Made by a program: the position numbers and the translations under genes. DNA of 64,000 nt, from the NCBI GenBank assembly GCA_964478015.1, contig CAYZGM010000001.1, forward strand, positions 2,981 to 66,980. Direction: 5' to 3'. This DNA comes from an uncultured Planctomycetia bacterium (GTDB lineage Bacteria > Omnitrophota > Gorgyraeia > 2-02-FULL-51-18). The first letter of the stretch is position 1. Each line of letters starts with the position of its first letter. A model generated the notes under the pieces. It saw only the letters and a list, made by a program, of their open reading frames with translations. It was not told where the DNA came from and searched no databases. This document shows, piece by piece, positions 48,528-58,922 of this stretch.

Positions 48528-49291
48528 TGAACGCCCCTATCGATGGCTTTTTTGGCAAAAATACGCAAAGAACCGGCTATTTCTTTCACCACGGGAATTC
48601 GTTCCAAAATTCCACCGATTGCCTCTGCGGATGGTGCCAAGGCACCGGGGATCCATGGGTGCAAAAAATCAAAGGGCTCGATGCAAATATCAGCGAAACC
48701 GTGATTTTTCAAAAAACGGTTGAGAGGCCATTTAAAAAAGGCCGTTTCGTCAGGCGTGTCCCCCATGAGGCGCTTCACGAAAGGGATATTTTTTTGGATC
48801 ATGATTTGGGGGTTCAGCATGTTAGGCTCACAGAATGCGATGACGCCCCCCCTTGCCAAAACGCGGCTAATTTCGGCGAAAGATGCCTCCATGTCCAGGT
48901 GGTGAAGAACCCTGATGCCTACGACCGCGTCAAAGACCCCGTCCTTGTAGGGCAAGGATTCGATATCGCATAGGCGAAAGTCGATTTTTTTTTCTTTTGT
49001 CTGACCAGCGGCGGGTAGAAAACGTTCGCGCGCTTTGGCTAAAAGTTCCGGCGAGATATCAATGGCGTGAAGATCGATCCCATGGCGCAGAAAGATCTCC
49101 GAAAAAAAACCCGTTCCGCAACCCACTTCCAGCACCCGCAGGCCCGGACGAAAACCGGCGGCCTTTGCCACCCAGTCCGCCCGTCTGACGGATCCGCGAT
49201 AACCCGAAGAAGTCGCCGAATTCCAATAAAACTCCGGGTGATGGAGAATTTTGCGGGCGTGCTCAAGTTCCAGGGCCTTGTTTTGACCCAT
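48524..49291 (-). CDS. Class I SAM-dependent methyltransferase
   Basis: VLEVGCGTG, LHHL, EPN. Confidence 0.9.
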   Translation of the reverse strand: MGQNKALELEHARKILHHPEFYWNSATSSGYRGSVRRADWVAKAAGFRPGLRVLEVGCGTGFFSEIFLRHGIDLHAIDISPELLAKARERFLPAAGQTKEKKIDFRLCDIESLPYKDGVFDAVVGIRVLHHLDMEASFAEISRVLARGGVIAFCEPNMLNPQIMIQKNIPFVKRLMGDTPDETAFFKWPLNRFLKNHGFADICIEPFDFLHPWIPGALAPSAEAIGGILERIPVVKEIAGSLRIFAKKAIDRGVQ

Positions 49292-49294
49292 GGG

Positions 49295-50761
49295 TCAATC
49301 GGTGTCTGTGCCGAAGTTGAACGCGTGGGTCCTTAGGAGGCGAAGCCCCGACCGGACGTAATTTACAAAAACATGGAAAGACCGGATGTCCCGGAGAGTG
49401 TTGAAAATATAGGTGGGACGAAGATAAAATCCCAGCAGGGCTTTTTTACGCAGGCTTATTAACTGCGCCGTGCTGAGCGTCAGGGTCCGGACAATGGGGC
49501 GCGCATAATCGCCCTTGGATAAATCTTGATCACTGAACAGGCCCATCTCCTTGGCGATCCGGTAGTACTCCGTTCCGGGCAGCGGGTACGCAATATTAAA
49601 ATCCAAGAAGCTCGGGTTGATTTTCTTGGCAAAATCCACGGTTTGTTTCACCGTTTCAAGCGTCTCCCAGGGAAGACCGATCAGAAAAAGGCCATAGGTT
49701 TTGATGCCGTGTTTCTTGCATAGGGCAATGGCTTTCTCCGCATCTTCAAGCTTGGCGCGTTTTTTCATTTTATCCAGCATTTCCTGGTTGCCGCTTTCAA
49801 TGCCGAAGCCGATCACCCAACAGCCGGCGCGCTTCATCGCTTCGAGCCGCTTTTCGCTGATCGTATCCACGCGGCTATTGGAGCCCCAGCGAATATCTAA
49901 TTTTCTTTCGATGATCATTCCGCAAAGGTCCGTCACCCATTTCTCATCCCAGGTAAACGTATCCGCCCGAAAGAAGAAATTGCGAATATGGTGATTTTTG
50001 ACGCATTCTTCGATCTCATCGACAATGTTGGCGGGAGTCCGTACCTTGAGCTTGTAGCCGGACGCAATGGTCACCGCGCAATAAATGCATTGGTGGGGGC
50101 AACCGCGCCCGGTATTGATCATGGTGATCGGCTCACCTGTGTCCGGCGCGACGTACAGATCGTTGTTTAAGAGGTGGCGGGCGGGAAATGGCAGCTGGTC
50201 CAGATTATCGACTTCGATGTAAGGCCTGTCGGCGTTACGCTTCAAGACTCCCTCCGAGCGGTAGGCCAGGCCCAGGATCGTGGAAAGGTCCTTTCTTTCC
50301 ACGATCTCTACGATCGCGTGTTCAGACTCTCCCCGGATGACAAGGTCCAGTTCCGGGAATTGCAGTAACACCTCATCATCTTTCGAAGTAAAGTGCGCCC
50401 CCTTTGCTACAGTGAGGATCTCAGGATCAATTTTTTTTGCGATACGGCAGGCCGCCAGATCCTGCTGGATCGTCGGGGTTGTCACGCTGACGAGTAGCAG
50501 GTCGGGCTTGAACCGGCGTAGATCTTTCTCAAGATCGTCCCACGGGGATTTTTTTGCCGCATAGTCCTCGATCCGGCAAGTGATTTCCAGTTTTTCCAGC
50601 ATGGCCGCCATGTAGGCCAGATCGAGCGGTGCACGGTTGGGCTGGGCAGTCATCCCCTCCACGGGGGCCTGGCACCGGTCGTCCCTCATGTAAACCCCGG
50701 TGGGAGGATAGATTAGGAATACTTTTTTGATCTTCTTATTTAACGAAGCTTCAGTCGACAA
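49295..50761 (-). CDS. B12-binding radical SAM protein
   Basis: PLDLAY B12 domain, RGCPHQCIYC, FGIESG, GLPWET; start uncertain. Confidence 0.9.
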   Translation of the reverse strand: MSTEASLNKKIKKVFLIYPPTGVYMRDDRCQAPVEGMTAQPNRAPLDLAYMAAMLEKLEITCRIEDYAAKKSPWDDLEKDLRRFKPDLLLVSVTTPTIQQDLAACRIAKKIDPEILTVAKGAHFTSKDDEVLLQFPELDLVIRGESEHAIVEIVERKDLSTILGLAYRSEGVLKRNADRPYIEVDNLDQLPFPARHLLNNDLYVAPDTGEPITMINTGRGCPHQCIYCAVTIASGYKLKVRTPANIVDEIEECVKNHHIRNFFFRADTFTWDEKWVTDLCGMIIERKLDIRWGSNSRVDTISEKRLEAMKRAGCWVIGFGIESGNQEMLDKMKKRAKLEDAEKAIALCKKHGIKTYGLFLIGLPWETLETVKQTVDFAKKINPSFLDFNIAYPLPGTEYYRIAKEMGLFSDQDLSKGDYARPIVRTLTLSTAQLISLRKKALLGFYLRPTYIFNTLRDIRSFHVFVNYVRSGLRLLRTHAFNFGTDTD

Positions 50762-51491
50762 ATCGATACTTGAGGAGGGTGAAAATGGCTTCAAACCCAT
50801 GTCTCCAATTCAGTTTTTTACCCTCCTTGCGGGACCGAGGGTGGTAGTTGATCGGCACTTCAAAAATACGATACCCGGCTTTCCTTGCCTTGGCTGTAAA
50901 CTCCGGGCAGAATTCAAAACCCCGGCATCTGAGCTTAACCTTACCTAACACCTCACGCCGGAAAGCCTTGTAGCAGGTCGCTTCGTCCGATATGTTAGCA
51001 GAGTATAAAATATTTGCCAAGAAGTTTAGGGTTTGAATGCCTAAAAAATGGTGCAGATAGCGTATCTCGTAATGGGCGCCCAGAAAACGGTTGCAGAACC
51101 AATGCCAAACGAATAAATACTTGTTGACCCCCCAAAACCTCGTGCCATACACCACGGAGACTTCCGGATCTCTGAACTTACGCATGATTTGCAGGTAATC
51201 CTTGGGGTCGTACTCCAGATCGGCATCCTGAATAATGATCACGTCGCCACCGGCTTTTTTGAGGCCGGTAAGAATCGCCGCACCTTTACCCAGATTTTTG
51301 GAATGCCGCTCTGACCGAATATCCGGATAACTCTTAAGGATGCGTTCTTCAATGATCTTGGAGGTGCCGTCGGTCGATGCGTCATCGATGAGAATAATTT
51401 CCTTTTCCAGGGGAGTTGCGATGACACGTCTTACAAGTTCCTCGATCTGGGTCGCCTCGTTGTAAACGGGGATAATGACGGAAAGTTTCAC
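50751..51491 (-). CDS. GT2 glycosyltransferase (DPM1-like)
   Basis: IPVYNE, DDASTDGT, QDADLEYDP, EGKKLNW. Confidence 0.92.
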   Translation of the reverse strand: MKLSVIIPVYNEATQIEELVRRVIATPLEKEIILIDDASTDGTSKIIEERILKSYPDIRSERHSKNLGKGAAILTGLKKAGGDVIIIQDADLEYDPKDYLQIMRKFRDPEVSVVYGTRFWGVNKYLFVWHWFCNRFLGAHYEIRYLHHFLGIQTLNFLANILYSANISDEATCYKAFRREVLGKVKLRCRGFEFCPEFTAKARKAGYRIFEVPINYHPRSRKEGKKLNWRHGFEAIFTLLKYRFVD

Positions 51492-52606
51492 GATAAACGG
51501 TGAGTTTCCACGATTTGAAGGATTCTTTCGGATGCGTGGCCGTCCCCGAAAGGATTTTTCCAGCTGCGTTTGAGGCGGATCATACGACGTGAGCACTTTA
51601 AAATATTTTCGGGTCGATAACCCGCGATCGCATTGGCCCCCACCTCGACCGTCTCGGGCCGTTCGGTGGACGTTCGAAGCGTCACGCAGGGCACACGCAA
51701 AATACAGCTTTCCTCCTGAACTCCGCCGGAATCCGACAGAATTAAGCGGGCCGCCGCTTCCAAACGCAAAAAGTCTAAAAAACCGACCGGCGCGTGCGCC
51801 CCAACACCCTTGGGCAGCGAAAGACCGAAGTGATGGAGCATTTTCACCGTGCGGGGATGGGCCGGAAAAACGATGGGCATTTTAAAATGAGCGGATACTT
51901 TCTCAAGGCCCCTGAGAATGGAGGCCAGCCGCTTTTTATCATCCACATTCTCTTGGCGATGTAGCGTGAGCAGAATAAAATCGTCTTTCTCTCCTAAGCC
52001 GTACGGCAGCTTCCGCGATTTTTTTTTGGCAATGCTTAAGTTTTGCAGAACTGCGTCCACGATCGTGTTCCCCGTCATAAAAATCTTTTTGTCCGGTATC
52101 CCCTCTCGCCTGAGGATCTTTCTGGCGCCTAGCGTTGGAGCGAACAAATAATCCGACACATGGTCGGTCATGATGCGGTTCACTTCCTCGGGCATCTCGC
52201 GGTCGTAGCTTCTGAGACCCGCCTCCACATGTCCAAGTTTCATCCCGGAGATCTTGGACGCGATCAGGGCCCCCGCGAGCACCGTGTTCGTATCCCCTTG
52301 CACGAGCACCGTGTGCGGCATTTCCTTGAGAAAAATTTTCTCAAGATCCGGGAGCATCCGGCCCACGTGGTGGCCGTGACCGGTGGATGGCGTCTGGTGC
52401 ACGGACAACTGATATTTTGGTTCCGGAAGTTCAAGTTCCTTAAAAAATACTCGATCCATCTCGTAGGAGTAATGTTGCCCGGTATGTAAAAGGACATAGG
52501 GTTGGCTGGATTTTTCAAGCAGGCGGATCAAAGCGCTGAGCTTGATGATTTCGGGACGCGTCCCCAGAATAACCGCGACGGGACGTGGGTTACTTCTTGA
52601 TTTCAT
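51488..52606 (-). CDS. wecB: UDP-N-acetylglucosamine 2-epimerase (non-hydrolysing)
   Basis: GTRPEIIK, QGDT, HVEAGLRS, PEEVNR, DSGGVQEE. Confidence 0.95.
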   Translation of the reverse strand: MKSRSNPRPVAVILGTRPEIIKLSALIRLLEKSSQPYVLLHTGQHYSYEMDRVFFKELELPEPKYQLSVHQTPSTGHGHHVGRMLPDLEKIFLKEMPHTVLVQGDTNTVLAGALIASKISGMKLGHVEAGLRSYDREMPEEVNRIMTDHVSDYLFAPTLGARKILRREGIPDKKIFMTGNTIVDAVLQNLSIAKKKSRKLPYGLGEKDDFILLTLHRQENVDDKKRLASILRGLEKVSAHFKMPIVFPAHPRTVKMLHHFGLSLPKGVGAHAPVGFLDFLRLEAAARLILSDSGGVQEESCILRVPCVTLRTSTERPETVEVGANAIAGYRPENILKCSRRMIRLKRSWKNPFGDGHASERILQIVETHRLS

Positions 52607-53663
52607 CTTTAAATATTCCAAGCATTCGTCTTGCATAATTAGTCATGGAAAAATCCCCCGCCCTCTGCAAGGCAGCCTGAGAAAGAGCGCGCCTAAGCTT
52701 CGCGTCCTCGGAATAGCGTCTCAGCGCCTCCGAAATTTGGTCGACATTTTCAGGGTCCACCATCAGCGCGGTATCCCCGGCCACCTCCGGCAGCGAACTC
52801 CGGTTGGAGCAGACGCCGCTTAAACCGCAACTCATGGCCTCCAAAACAGGCAGCCCAAAACCCTCATAAAGTGAGGTTATAGCATACCCCAGCGCGGCGT
52901 TGTAGAGATAAATTAGCTCATCCAACGCGACATAACCTAAAAAGACAACATCCTCCCGCAACCCCCGGTCTCGAACAAAGCTTTTGATCTGCTTGTCGGC
53001 AGTCGCGGGCTTTCCTACAATGACAAGAGCGAAAGAGTGGAGTTTTTTTTGCTTAAGTCTGTCATAGGCCTCCAGCAGACGCAGGTGGTTTTTCCGAGGC
53101 TCCAGAGTCCCAACGCTAATAAAAAATGGGCGTTGGATGCCGTGTTTGTCTAAGATGTTTTGCGCCGCGGCCGGGTTTGTTGTTCTTCTGAAGACAGGGT
53201 TTACCGCCAGAGGCACCACGCTTACACGTTCGGGTCCGATATTCAAGAACCGGGAGAGATCCCCCCGCGTGTGTTCGGAGCTTGCGATGATGCATTTCGC
53301 CCGACGCACCGCCCCTGGGAGCCAGCGTGACCAATAAAAACCGGAAACAACCCCCTGGTTTCCCGGATATGCCATGCCGATCAGATCGTGAACGGTCACC
53401 ACCGATGGAACGGAGCTCCACATGGGCGGGGCAAAACCCGGGCTGTAGAGAAGGTCCACCCTGTCATGCCGAGCCTTCAAGGGAAGAGTCGCAGATTCCC
53501 AATAAATTCGTCTTGGCGTATTCAGCTCTCTCCCGGAAGCGGTGTAGAGAAGAAACTCCGTTTCAGGCGATTCTTTTTTCATGGCCTGGATTAAATTTTG
53601 GGCGGCCATGCCGATTCCGGTCTTGCCCTGAACCACCGAGGCGTAATCGACCCCTATTTTCAT
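52590..53663 (-). CDS. GT4 glycosyltransferase
   Basis: TVHDL, GTLEPRKN, EGFGLPVLEAM. Confidence 0.92.
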   Translation of the reverse strand: MKIGVDYASVVQGKTGIGMAAQNLIQAMKKESPETEFLLYTASGRELNTPRRIYWESATLPLKARHDRVDLLYSPGFAPPMWSSVPSVVTVHDLIGMAYPGNQGVVSGFYWSRWLPGAVRRAKCIIASSEHTRGDLSRFLNIGPERVSVVPLAVNPVFRRTTNPAAAQNILDKHGIQRPFFISVGTLEPRKNHLRLLEAYDRLKQKKLHSFALVIVGKPATADKQIKSFVRDRGLREDVVFLGYVALDELIYLYNAALGYAITSLYEGFGLPVLEAMSCGLSGVCSNRSSLPEVAGDTALMVDPENVDQISEALRRYSEDAKLRRALSQAALQRAGDFSMTNYARRMLGIFKDEIKK

Positions 53664-54259
53664 CGGGACAGGATCCCCATAAGCATCAACGGCCGCTTGA
53701 TCAAAAAATTTCTCTTCACACGTTTCATGAAATAGGGTTTCATGCGCAACGAACCGCTGGCGGCAAAAATTTTACGCCAATCATTTTCTTTGAGCAGGCG
53801 TTCATTGCCAAAGTCCTTATGCCTGTAATAATAGCCGGGCACGCTGAAAATAAACACCGGCGCGACGCGCAGAGCCTCGGCAGACGCGGCCCGAATTTCT
53901 TCATCCGTCATGTGTTCAAGAACGCCTTGAGAAAAGACGGCATCAAAAGAATTCTTTGGATATCGCAGTCTGAATATATCCTGGTTTTCAAACAGAACGC
54001 TCGCTTTCCAATTTTTTGCGGTCTCGCGGGCCTTTTCAAGCACTTCTTCATCCCGGTCGCAGGCGTTCACATTCACGCCCGCCATCGAGAAAAAAACAGA
54101 CATGATGCCCGACCCGCAGCCGGCTTCAAGAAGCCTCGCGGGTTTGAGGTCCAAGACCCCCTTTAAAAAATCTCTATGAATGGCCGTGTGCTCGGCAAAA
54201 TATTCTTTTCCGCCGGCCCCCTCATAAAAATCACCCCACCTTTTCGTCTCTTTATTCAC
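53660..54259 (-). CDS. Class I SAM-dependent methyltransferase
   Basis: LLEAGCGSG, GVLEH; likely GTG start 54259. Confidence 0.88.
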   Translation of the reverse strand: MNKETKRWGDFYEGAGGKEYFAEHTAIHRDFLKGVLDLKPARLLEAGCGSGIMSVFFSMAGVNVNACDRDEEVLEKARETAKNWKASVLFENQDIFRLRYPKNSFDAVFSQGVLEHMTDEEIRAASAEALRVAPVFIFSVPGYYYRHKDFGNERLLKENDWRKIFAASGSLRMKPYFMKRVKRNFLIKRPLMLMGILSR

Positions 54260-54992
54260 CGGCAAGCACCCCTTTTTCCCAACGCTTTGCCCAGCGCACG
54301 AATTCATGGTAGGAGGATAGCACTGAATAGATGAAACCCTCCATTCCGTCTCGGAATCCCTGCTTCAAAAAATAGATGTCCAGAAAGCGATAAATCGGTC
54401 TTCCGAGCACATGCGCCATTCCAATCGTTTTCTCCTCTGACGGCTGGGCAATGGCCGTATACAATTGCAGTTTTTTCCAATAATCCTCCAACGTTTGAAA
54501 AGAAATGTGCCGTAAGGGCTCTCGCAGCAACCCTGTTTTTCCGTCCACCCTCAATTCTTCATGAACCGGGTTCTTAAAAACACCCCGCCCTCTCCGGAAT
54601 AGGCGAACAGGCTTATCATTTTGAAGGCCGCTGTACCGGAATTCCTTGTTGAAGAGCCGCGTATGACGCAATACTCGGTAGGCAACATCGGCGGTCTCAG
54701 AGGAAATCGTCCTTTGAATTTCACTCGCAAGCGCGACGCTCACCCGCTCATCCGCATCCACGGATAAAATCCACTCCCCCTTGGCCAGCGAAAGAGCAAA
54801 ATTTTTCTGGGATGAAAAATCATCGAATTTTCTGAGCAGCACGTTTGGCGTGAATCGCCTTGCGATTTCGCAGGTCCTGTCCGCGCTGTGGCTATCGACT
54901 AGAATTATTTCATCGGCAAACTTCAGGGCCGTCAGACAATCGGCGATATTATTTTCCTCATTCAGGGTGATAACAATAGCCGACAGCCTCAT
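54252..54992 (-). CDS. GT2 glycosyltransferase (WaaE-like)
   Basis: ITLNEE, VDADE, PVHE, GFRDG. Confidence 0.9.
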   Translation of the reverse strand: MRLSAIVITLNEENNIADCLTALKFADEIILVDSHSADRTCEIARRFTPNVLLRKFDDFSSQKNFALSLAKGEWILSVDADERVSVALASEIQRTISSETADVAYRVLRHTRLFNKEFRYSGLQNDKPVRLFRRGRGVFKNPVHEELRVDGKTGLLREPLRHISFQTLEDYWKKLQLYTAIAQPSEEKTIGMAHVLGRPIYRFLDIYFLKQGFRDGMEGFIYSVLSSYHEFVRWAKRWEKGVLAGE

Positions 54993-55939
54993 CAGAGGCT
55001 CTCCGATATCTTAAATATTTCTCGGTCGGAGCGGCGATGCTCCTCGCCACGCAATTGATCTCGCCTTTTTAAGGCGGCCCCCAGCCTTCCCAAAGCCCAA
55101 AGAGTTCCCCACAAGAATTCTGGTCTTGCCTGGAACAAAAAATAGATCGGCCGGACGAGAATCCACAAAAAATAACTTGCCCAAATGCGCTCATCCGTAA
55201 TATTTTTCCAAATAAACAGATGATTATTCCGATGATTGATTGCGGCCAGCCGGCGACGCCCAAAGTGCTTTTTAAACGTGGCCTGGCCCTTATGATACAC
55301 GCGGCTTTGGGGGACATAGTAGCAGGCCCGGCCCGTCTTCCAGGCGCGGAAACAAATATCGGCGTCTTCCACCGTTCCGGGCAGATACAAGTCATCAAAA
55401 CCGCCCAATGCCAAAAAAATTTTTCGATGATATGCGCCGAAACCCGCCTGCATCGTAAATCCCGGCGCTCCCACTTTCGCTTCATATCCCTGGAAGCGAG
55501 TTTCGGCACGCAAGATCCCATTTTTAAAATCCATTTTAGATAAACTGCCCTCGTACTGCTTCCCGTCAAACGTCCACGCCTGCGGAGCCGCCAAAAAAGC
55601 ATCACGATGATTCCGGAACGCATCGATGAGCGGGTCTATGAAATCCGACTCCACTTTGAGGTCGTTGTTCAGCAAAATCACGATGTCCGCTGCGCTTTCC
55701 CGGGCAGCATCATTGAAAGAGCACAGGACGCGGTTCTTGGATAAACGGATCCTGATGGATGGGAATTCCTTTTTTAGCATCTCGACGCTTCCATCGCGGC
55801 TGTCATTGTCAATCACTGTAAGAGCGCAAGGGGTTAAGCTTTTTTCTACGGCCTCAACAATGGACGGAAGACACTCTCTCAGCAAATCTGTTCCCTTGTA
55901 GTTCAGCACAAATACTTCGGCTTTCAGCGGCTCATTCAT
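54992..55939 (-). CDS. GT2 glycosyltransferase
   Basis: DNDSRDGS, LLNND, EDADICFR; start re-assigned to ATG 55939. Confidence 0.9.
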   Translation of the reverse strand: MNEPLKAEVFVLNYKGTDLLRECLPSIVEAVEKSLTPCALTVIDNDSRDGSVEMLKKEFPSIRIRLSKNRVLCSFNDAARESAADIVILLNNDLKVESDFIDPLIDAFRNHRDAFLAAPQAWTFDGKQYEGSLSKMDFKNGILRAETRFQGYEAKVGAPGFTMQAGFGAYHRKIFLALGGFDDLYLPGTVEDADICFRAWKTGRACYYVPQSRVYHKGQATFKKHFGRRRLAAINHRNNHLFIWKNITDERIWASYFLWILVRPIYFLFQARPEFLWGTLWALGRLGAALKRRDQLRGEEHRRSDREIFKISESL

Positions 55940-57776
55940 GGGGCAGCTCATACAAATAAATTCGTGAATTGTCTTTGCCATGGGCAAAATTTTCTTCGTG
56001 CAATAGTTTGGCTTGGCGCTGCGAGAGCGCGCTCTGGAGAACACTCGTCGCCCCCTCGGAAGTTTGCGTCGCCCTAAGAAGCGCATGGGTAAATCCTCGC
56101 GCTCTTATCTCATCGATTAATTTCTCGGCGCTAAGCAATGCAAGTTGCGGTTCAAGCCCCAAGAGAATATCCAATCGCGCGGAACGCCTGTCCAGGTAGT
56201 ACTGAGACGGCTCGTTCTCCAAAAGAATGGCGGCGCTTGGGTCCAAATGTTCATTGATCCAGGCCTGCATGGCATAAGAGCGCTCGGTTTTTTCCAGGTA
56301 TTTCGCCTTGGATGGATACGCAAGGTATCGTGATAATTTTCCGTTATAGTAAAAAATAAATAGGGCTTGCGTGAAAATGGCCGCGATCATCAGTGCTTTT
56401 AATGCCTTCCACGACTTGTCTCGATAACCAAATAGCTCTTCGGCTGCCAGGCCGCACAAAAGAACCAGCACAGGAACCAGTGGAAAAAGGAATCGGAAAT
56501 GCTGGACAAGATAGAACCAAAAAAGGAATTGGGAAATAATAAGAAAAAGAAGCCTTGCCTTGTCCTCTTTTTTCATGCGAACGGCTACGAGGATAGGCGT
56601 CAGCATCAGGACAAGGATCCCGACCTGGCTGTCTCCGCCGCCAAAACGCTCCGGATCCAAAAAGAAAAGAAAGGGCGCTCGAAAAAGCGCCGCCACTCCT
56701 CGGCCGATTCCGGTCTGGTCGCGTATATCACTTACCCACGCATGCCCGGTGAACCATGCGTTAAAGTAAGGAAAGATCGGATTCCCCGTGGCCAGGTAAG
56801 AACGCAAATACCACCCTGCGCACGGCAGGAGCGCCACGCAAGAGAAAATAAGCAAAACCCTGAACCCGCGCACCCCCTTTTCACGAAATGTTTTCCGGGC
56901 GAGCATCAGAAATAAAGCCGCCACGAATGGCGCGGCCAACAGCTTTACGGCCAAAGCGACGCCCGAAAAAAGCGCCGTTGCCATAAGAAACAATTCTTTC
57001 GATTCGTGAAAATAGCGCCACATGGCAAAAAAAGATAAGAAAAGAAAAAAACTCAGCGCGATGTCCGTGTAAGCATAGGGAGCTTGCGCCATGAATCCGG
57101 TCGTGGTTAACAAGAGCAGTGCCGCGGCGAGGCCTCTGGCGCGCGGCTCAAATAAGCGGCATGCGGAGGTCAACATTCCCGCGGTCCCCAAGAGAAAACC
57201 AAGGTTGTAAAGCTTGGAGAAAATTTCGCTCCGAAAAAGAAGCCCTTGTAAATACAGCATTTGGATCAACAACGGTTGGAAGGCGTTCACGCTGTAGGGG
57301 ATCGGATAAATCGCGCCCTTTTGGATGAACGCTTTTGGGCAGTAGAAATGATAGGCCAGCGCGTCCCTGCCCGGCTGCCCGGACGCGATTGCTAACAAGG
57401 TGACGAGAAGTGAAAGTGAGGCCACCCATGTTAAAAAAACCTCGAAGCCGCCGCGGAACGTAAAAAGTACTTTTAGATATCTTCCAAATGACGCAAGCCA
57501 CTCAAAAAACGATCGTAGGGTCGCAATCCACACCCCGATCACAACGATGGATAGCGCCCCGACTGACCAGAACCGAAGACCCGATAAAAGACCCAACAGC
57601 CAAATTGCGGAGGCAAAGAGCGCTGTCCCGAGACCCAGCGAAAAACACCCCTCTTCCATCTCATCCAGAAAAGGGTATCTCGCCAGCAAAAATAATAGAC
57701 GGCCGGTCTGCAGCAGCGCCGCCGCAAAAACCGCCCACAGTGGAAGCGTAAAAATTAGTTCAACGAAAGAACTCAT
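55932..57776 (-). CDS. Polytopic membrane protein, GT-C (ArnT/PMT-like) lipid-linked sugar transferase
   Basis: Many TM helices; DALAYH, WYLRSYLATGNPIFP, RFLFP motifs. Confidence 0.75.
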   Translation of the reverse strand: MSSFVELIFTLPLWAVFAAALLQTGRLLFLLARYPFLDEMEEGCFSLGLGTALFASAIWLLGLLSGLRFWSVGALSIVVIGVWIATLRSFFEWLASFGRYLKVLFTFRGGFEVFLTWVASLSLLVTLLAIASGQPGRDALAYHFYCPKAFIQKGAIYPIPYSVNAFQPLLIQMLYLQGLLFRSEIFSKLYNLGFLLGTAGMLTSACRLFEPRARGLAAALLLLTTTGFMAQAPYAYTDIALSFFLFLSFFAMWRYFHESKELFLMATALFSGVALAVKLLAAPFVAALFLMLARKTFREKGVRGFRVLLIFSCVALLPCAGWYLRSYLATGNPIFPYFNAWFTGHAWVSDIRDQTGIGRGVAALFRAPFLFFLDPERFGGGDSQVGILVLMLTPILVAVRMKKEDKARLLFLIISQFLFWFYLVQHFRFLFPLVPVLVLLCGLAAEELFGYRDKSWKALKALMIAAIFTQALFIFYYNGKLSRYLAYPSKAKYLEKTERSYAMQAWINEHLDPSAAILLENEPSQYYLDRRSARLDILLGLEPQLALLSAEKLIDEIRARGFTHALLRATQTSEGATSVLQSALSQRQAKLLHEENFAHGKDNSRIYLYELPHE

Positions 57777-57866
57777 AGACTTTCGGAATCACGTAACTCT
57801 GCATGTAAAGGCAAAAAAATAACGCACCCCAAGCGATCGAAAACCACCTGAAGAATCCGCCGTTTT

Positions 57867-58916
57867 TCATGGAACCCTCTTTCCTGAACCAAGAAGATCA
57901 AGCATGGCATCCATTTCCCTGAGGCCGTCCAACTGAGTCGCCAGCATGAATCGCCACCGAGACCTTTTGCGATCGAGCATCTCGCCCACGACGTAAAGGA
58001 GCCTTTTCAGCACATCCATCTGGCCGTAAACTAGCAGCTCCTCAAAGGAATACCCCATCTTTCTTGCGCGAAGTATTTTTTTAAGCCGTAGGAGATGATT
58101 CCCAAATGCCGGGCCTTTTTTGCCGACCAACAGCTCGCGCGCACACTTAAAGACCGAGAAACCAAGGCTCAGCTCAAGCGTTGTCGTTCGGAAACTATCA
58201 AAATCCGCCAAGAGCGACAGGCGATTGTTTTGGAACAACACATTGAGCGGATGGATATCTACGTGGAAAACGGCGCGATGCAAATTTTTTTCATTCTTTT
58301 CATAAATCCGCCTTAGATGGGTGAATTTTTTTAGCACATACGCGATCTCCGCCTTATGGAGGCCTGTCCCGCTGGGAAAATTTCTCAGCTTCCTTATCAC
58401 ACGGGTGTCGGAGATCTCAAAAAAATTTCTTGACCCGACCCGGGAAGAAAATTTCTTTGGTGAGTTCCTAATACAGTACGCGGCAAGCCGTCGTTCATGC
58501 CCCAGGAGATTCGCCCATCGCCGTGAGGAGGCGCCAAGATACGAGCCCTTTTTAAAATGGGTCAGGCACCAGGCATGCCCCCCAAAAAGAAAGACGAGTT
58601 TCTTTTTTTTATTTGGGCAGAAGCGCGCGGCCGGAAATCCGCCTGCCGAAAGGCGCTGAACCCACGCGGCCTGAAGCTCAAGCGCAACGGCTTTGGATGC
58701 ATCCACCCGCTTCAGAACAAAGGCGCCGCGCCGGCACGAAATCTTCCAATTTTGGCTATTGACCCCAAAGGCGTTTACCGCGGAGATTCGTGTCGGCTCT
58801 AGTGCCGGGAACTGATGCCGAATGACTTCCCGGATGCGCTCTGTCTGCGATGAGCCGACGGGAAGTAAGCTCGGTCTCCGCACCGAAAACCTATTTTTTT
58901 TAAAAAGGGTTGACAT
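57867..58916 (-). CDS. APH/choline-kinase-like phosphotransferase
   Basis: FVLKR, Brenner-like HVDIHPLNVL, ADFD. Confidence 0.8.
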   Translation of the reverse strand: MSTLFKKNRFSVRRPSLLPVGSSQTERIREVIRHQFPALEPTRISAVNAFGVNSQNWKISCRRGAFVLKRVDASKAVALELQAAWVQRLSAGGFPAARFCPNKKKKLVFLFGGHAWCLTHFKKGSYLGASSRRWANLLGHERRLAAYCIRNSPKKFSSRVGSRNFFEISDTRVIRKLRNFPSGTGLHKAEIAYVLKKFTHLRRIYEKNEKNLHRAVFHVDIHPLNVLFQNNRLSLLADFDSFRTTTLELSLGFSVFKCARELLVGKKGPAFGNHLLRLKKILRARKMGYSFEELLVYGQMDVLKRLLYVVGEMLDRKRSRWRFMLATQLDGLREMDAMLDLLGSGKRVP

Positions 58917-58922
58917 TAAATA

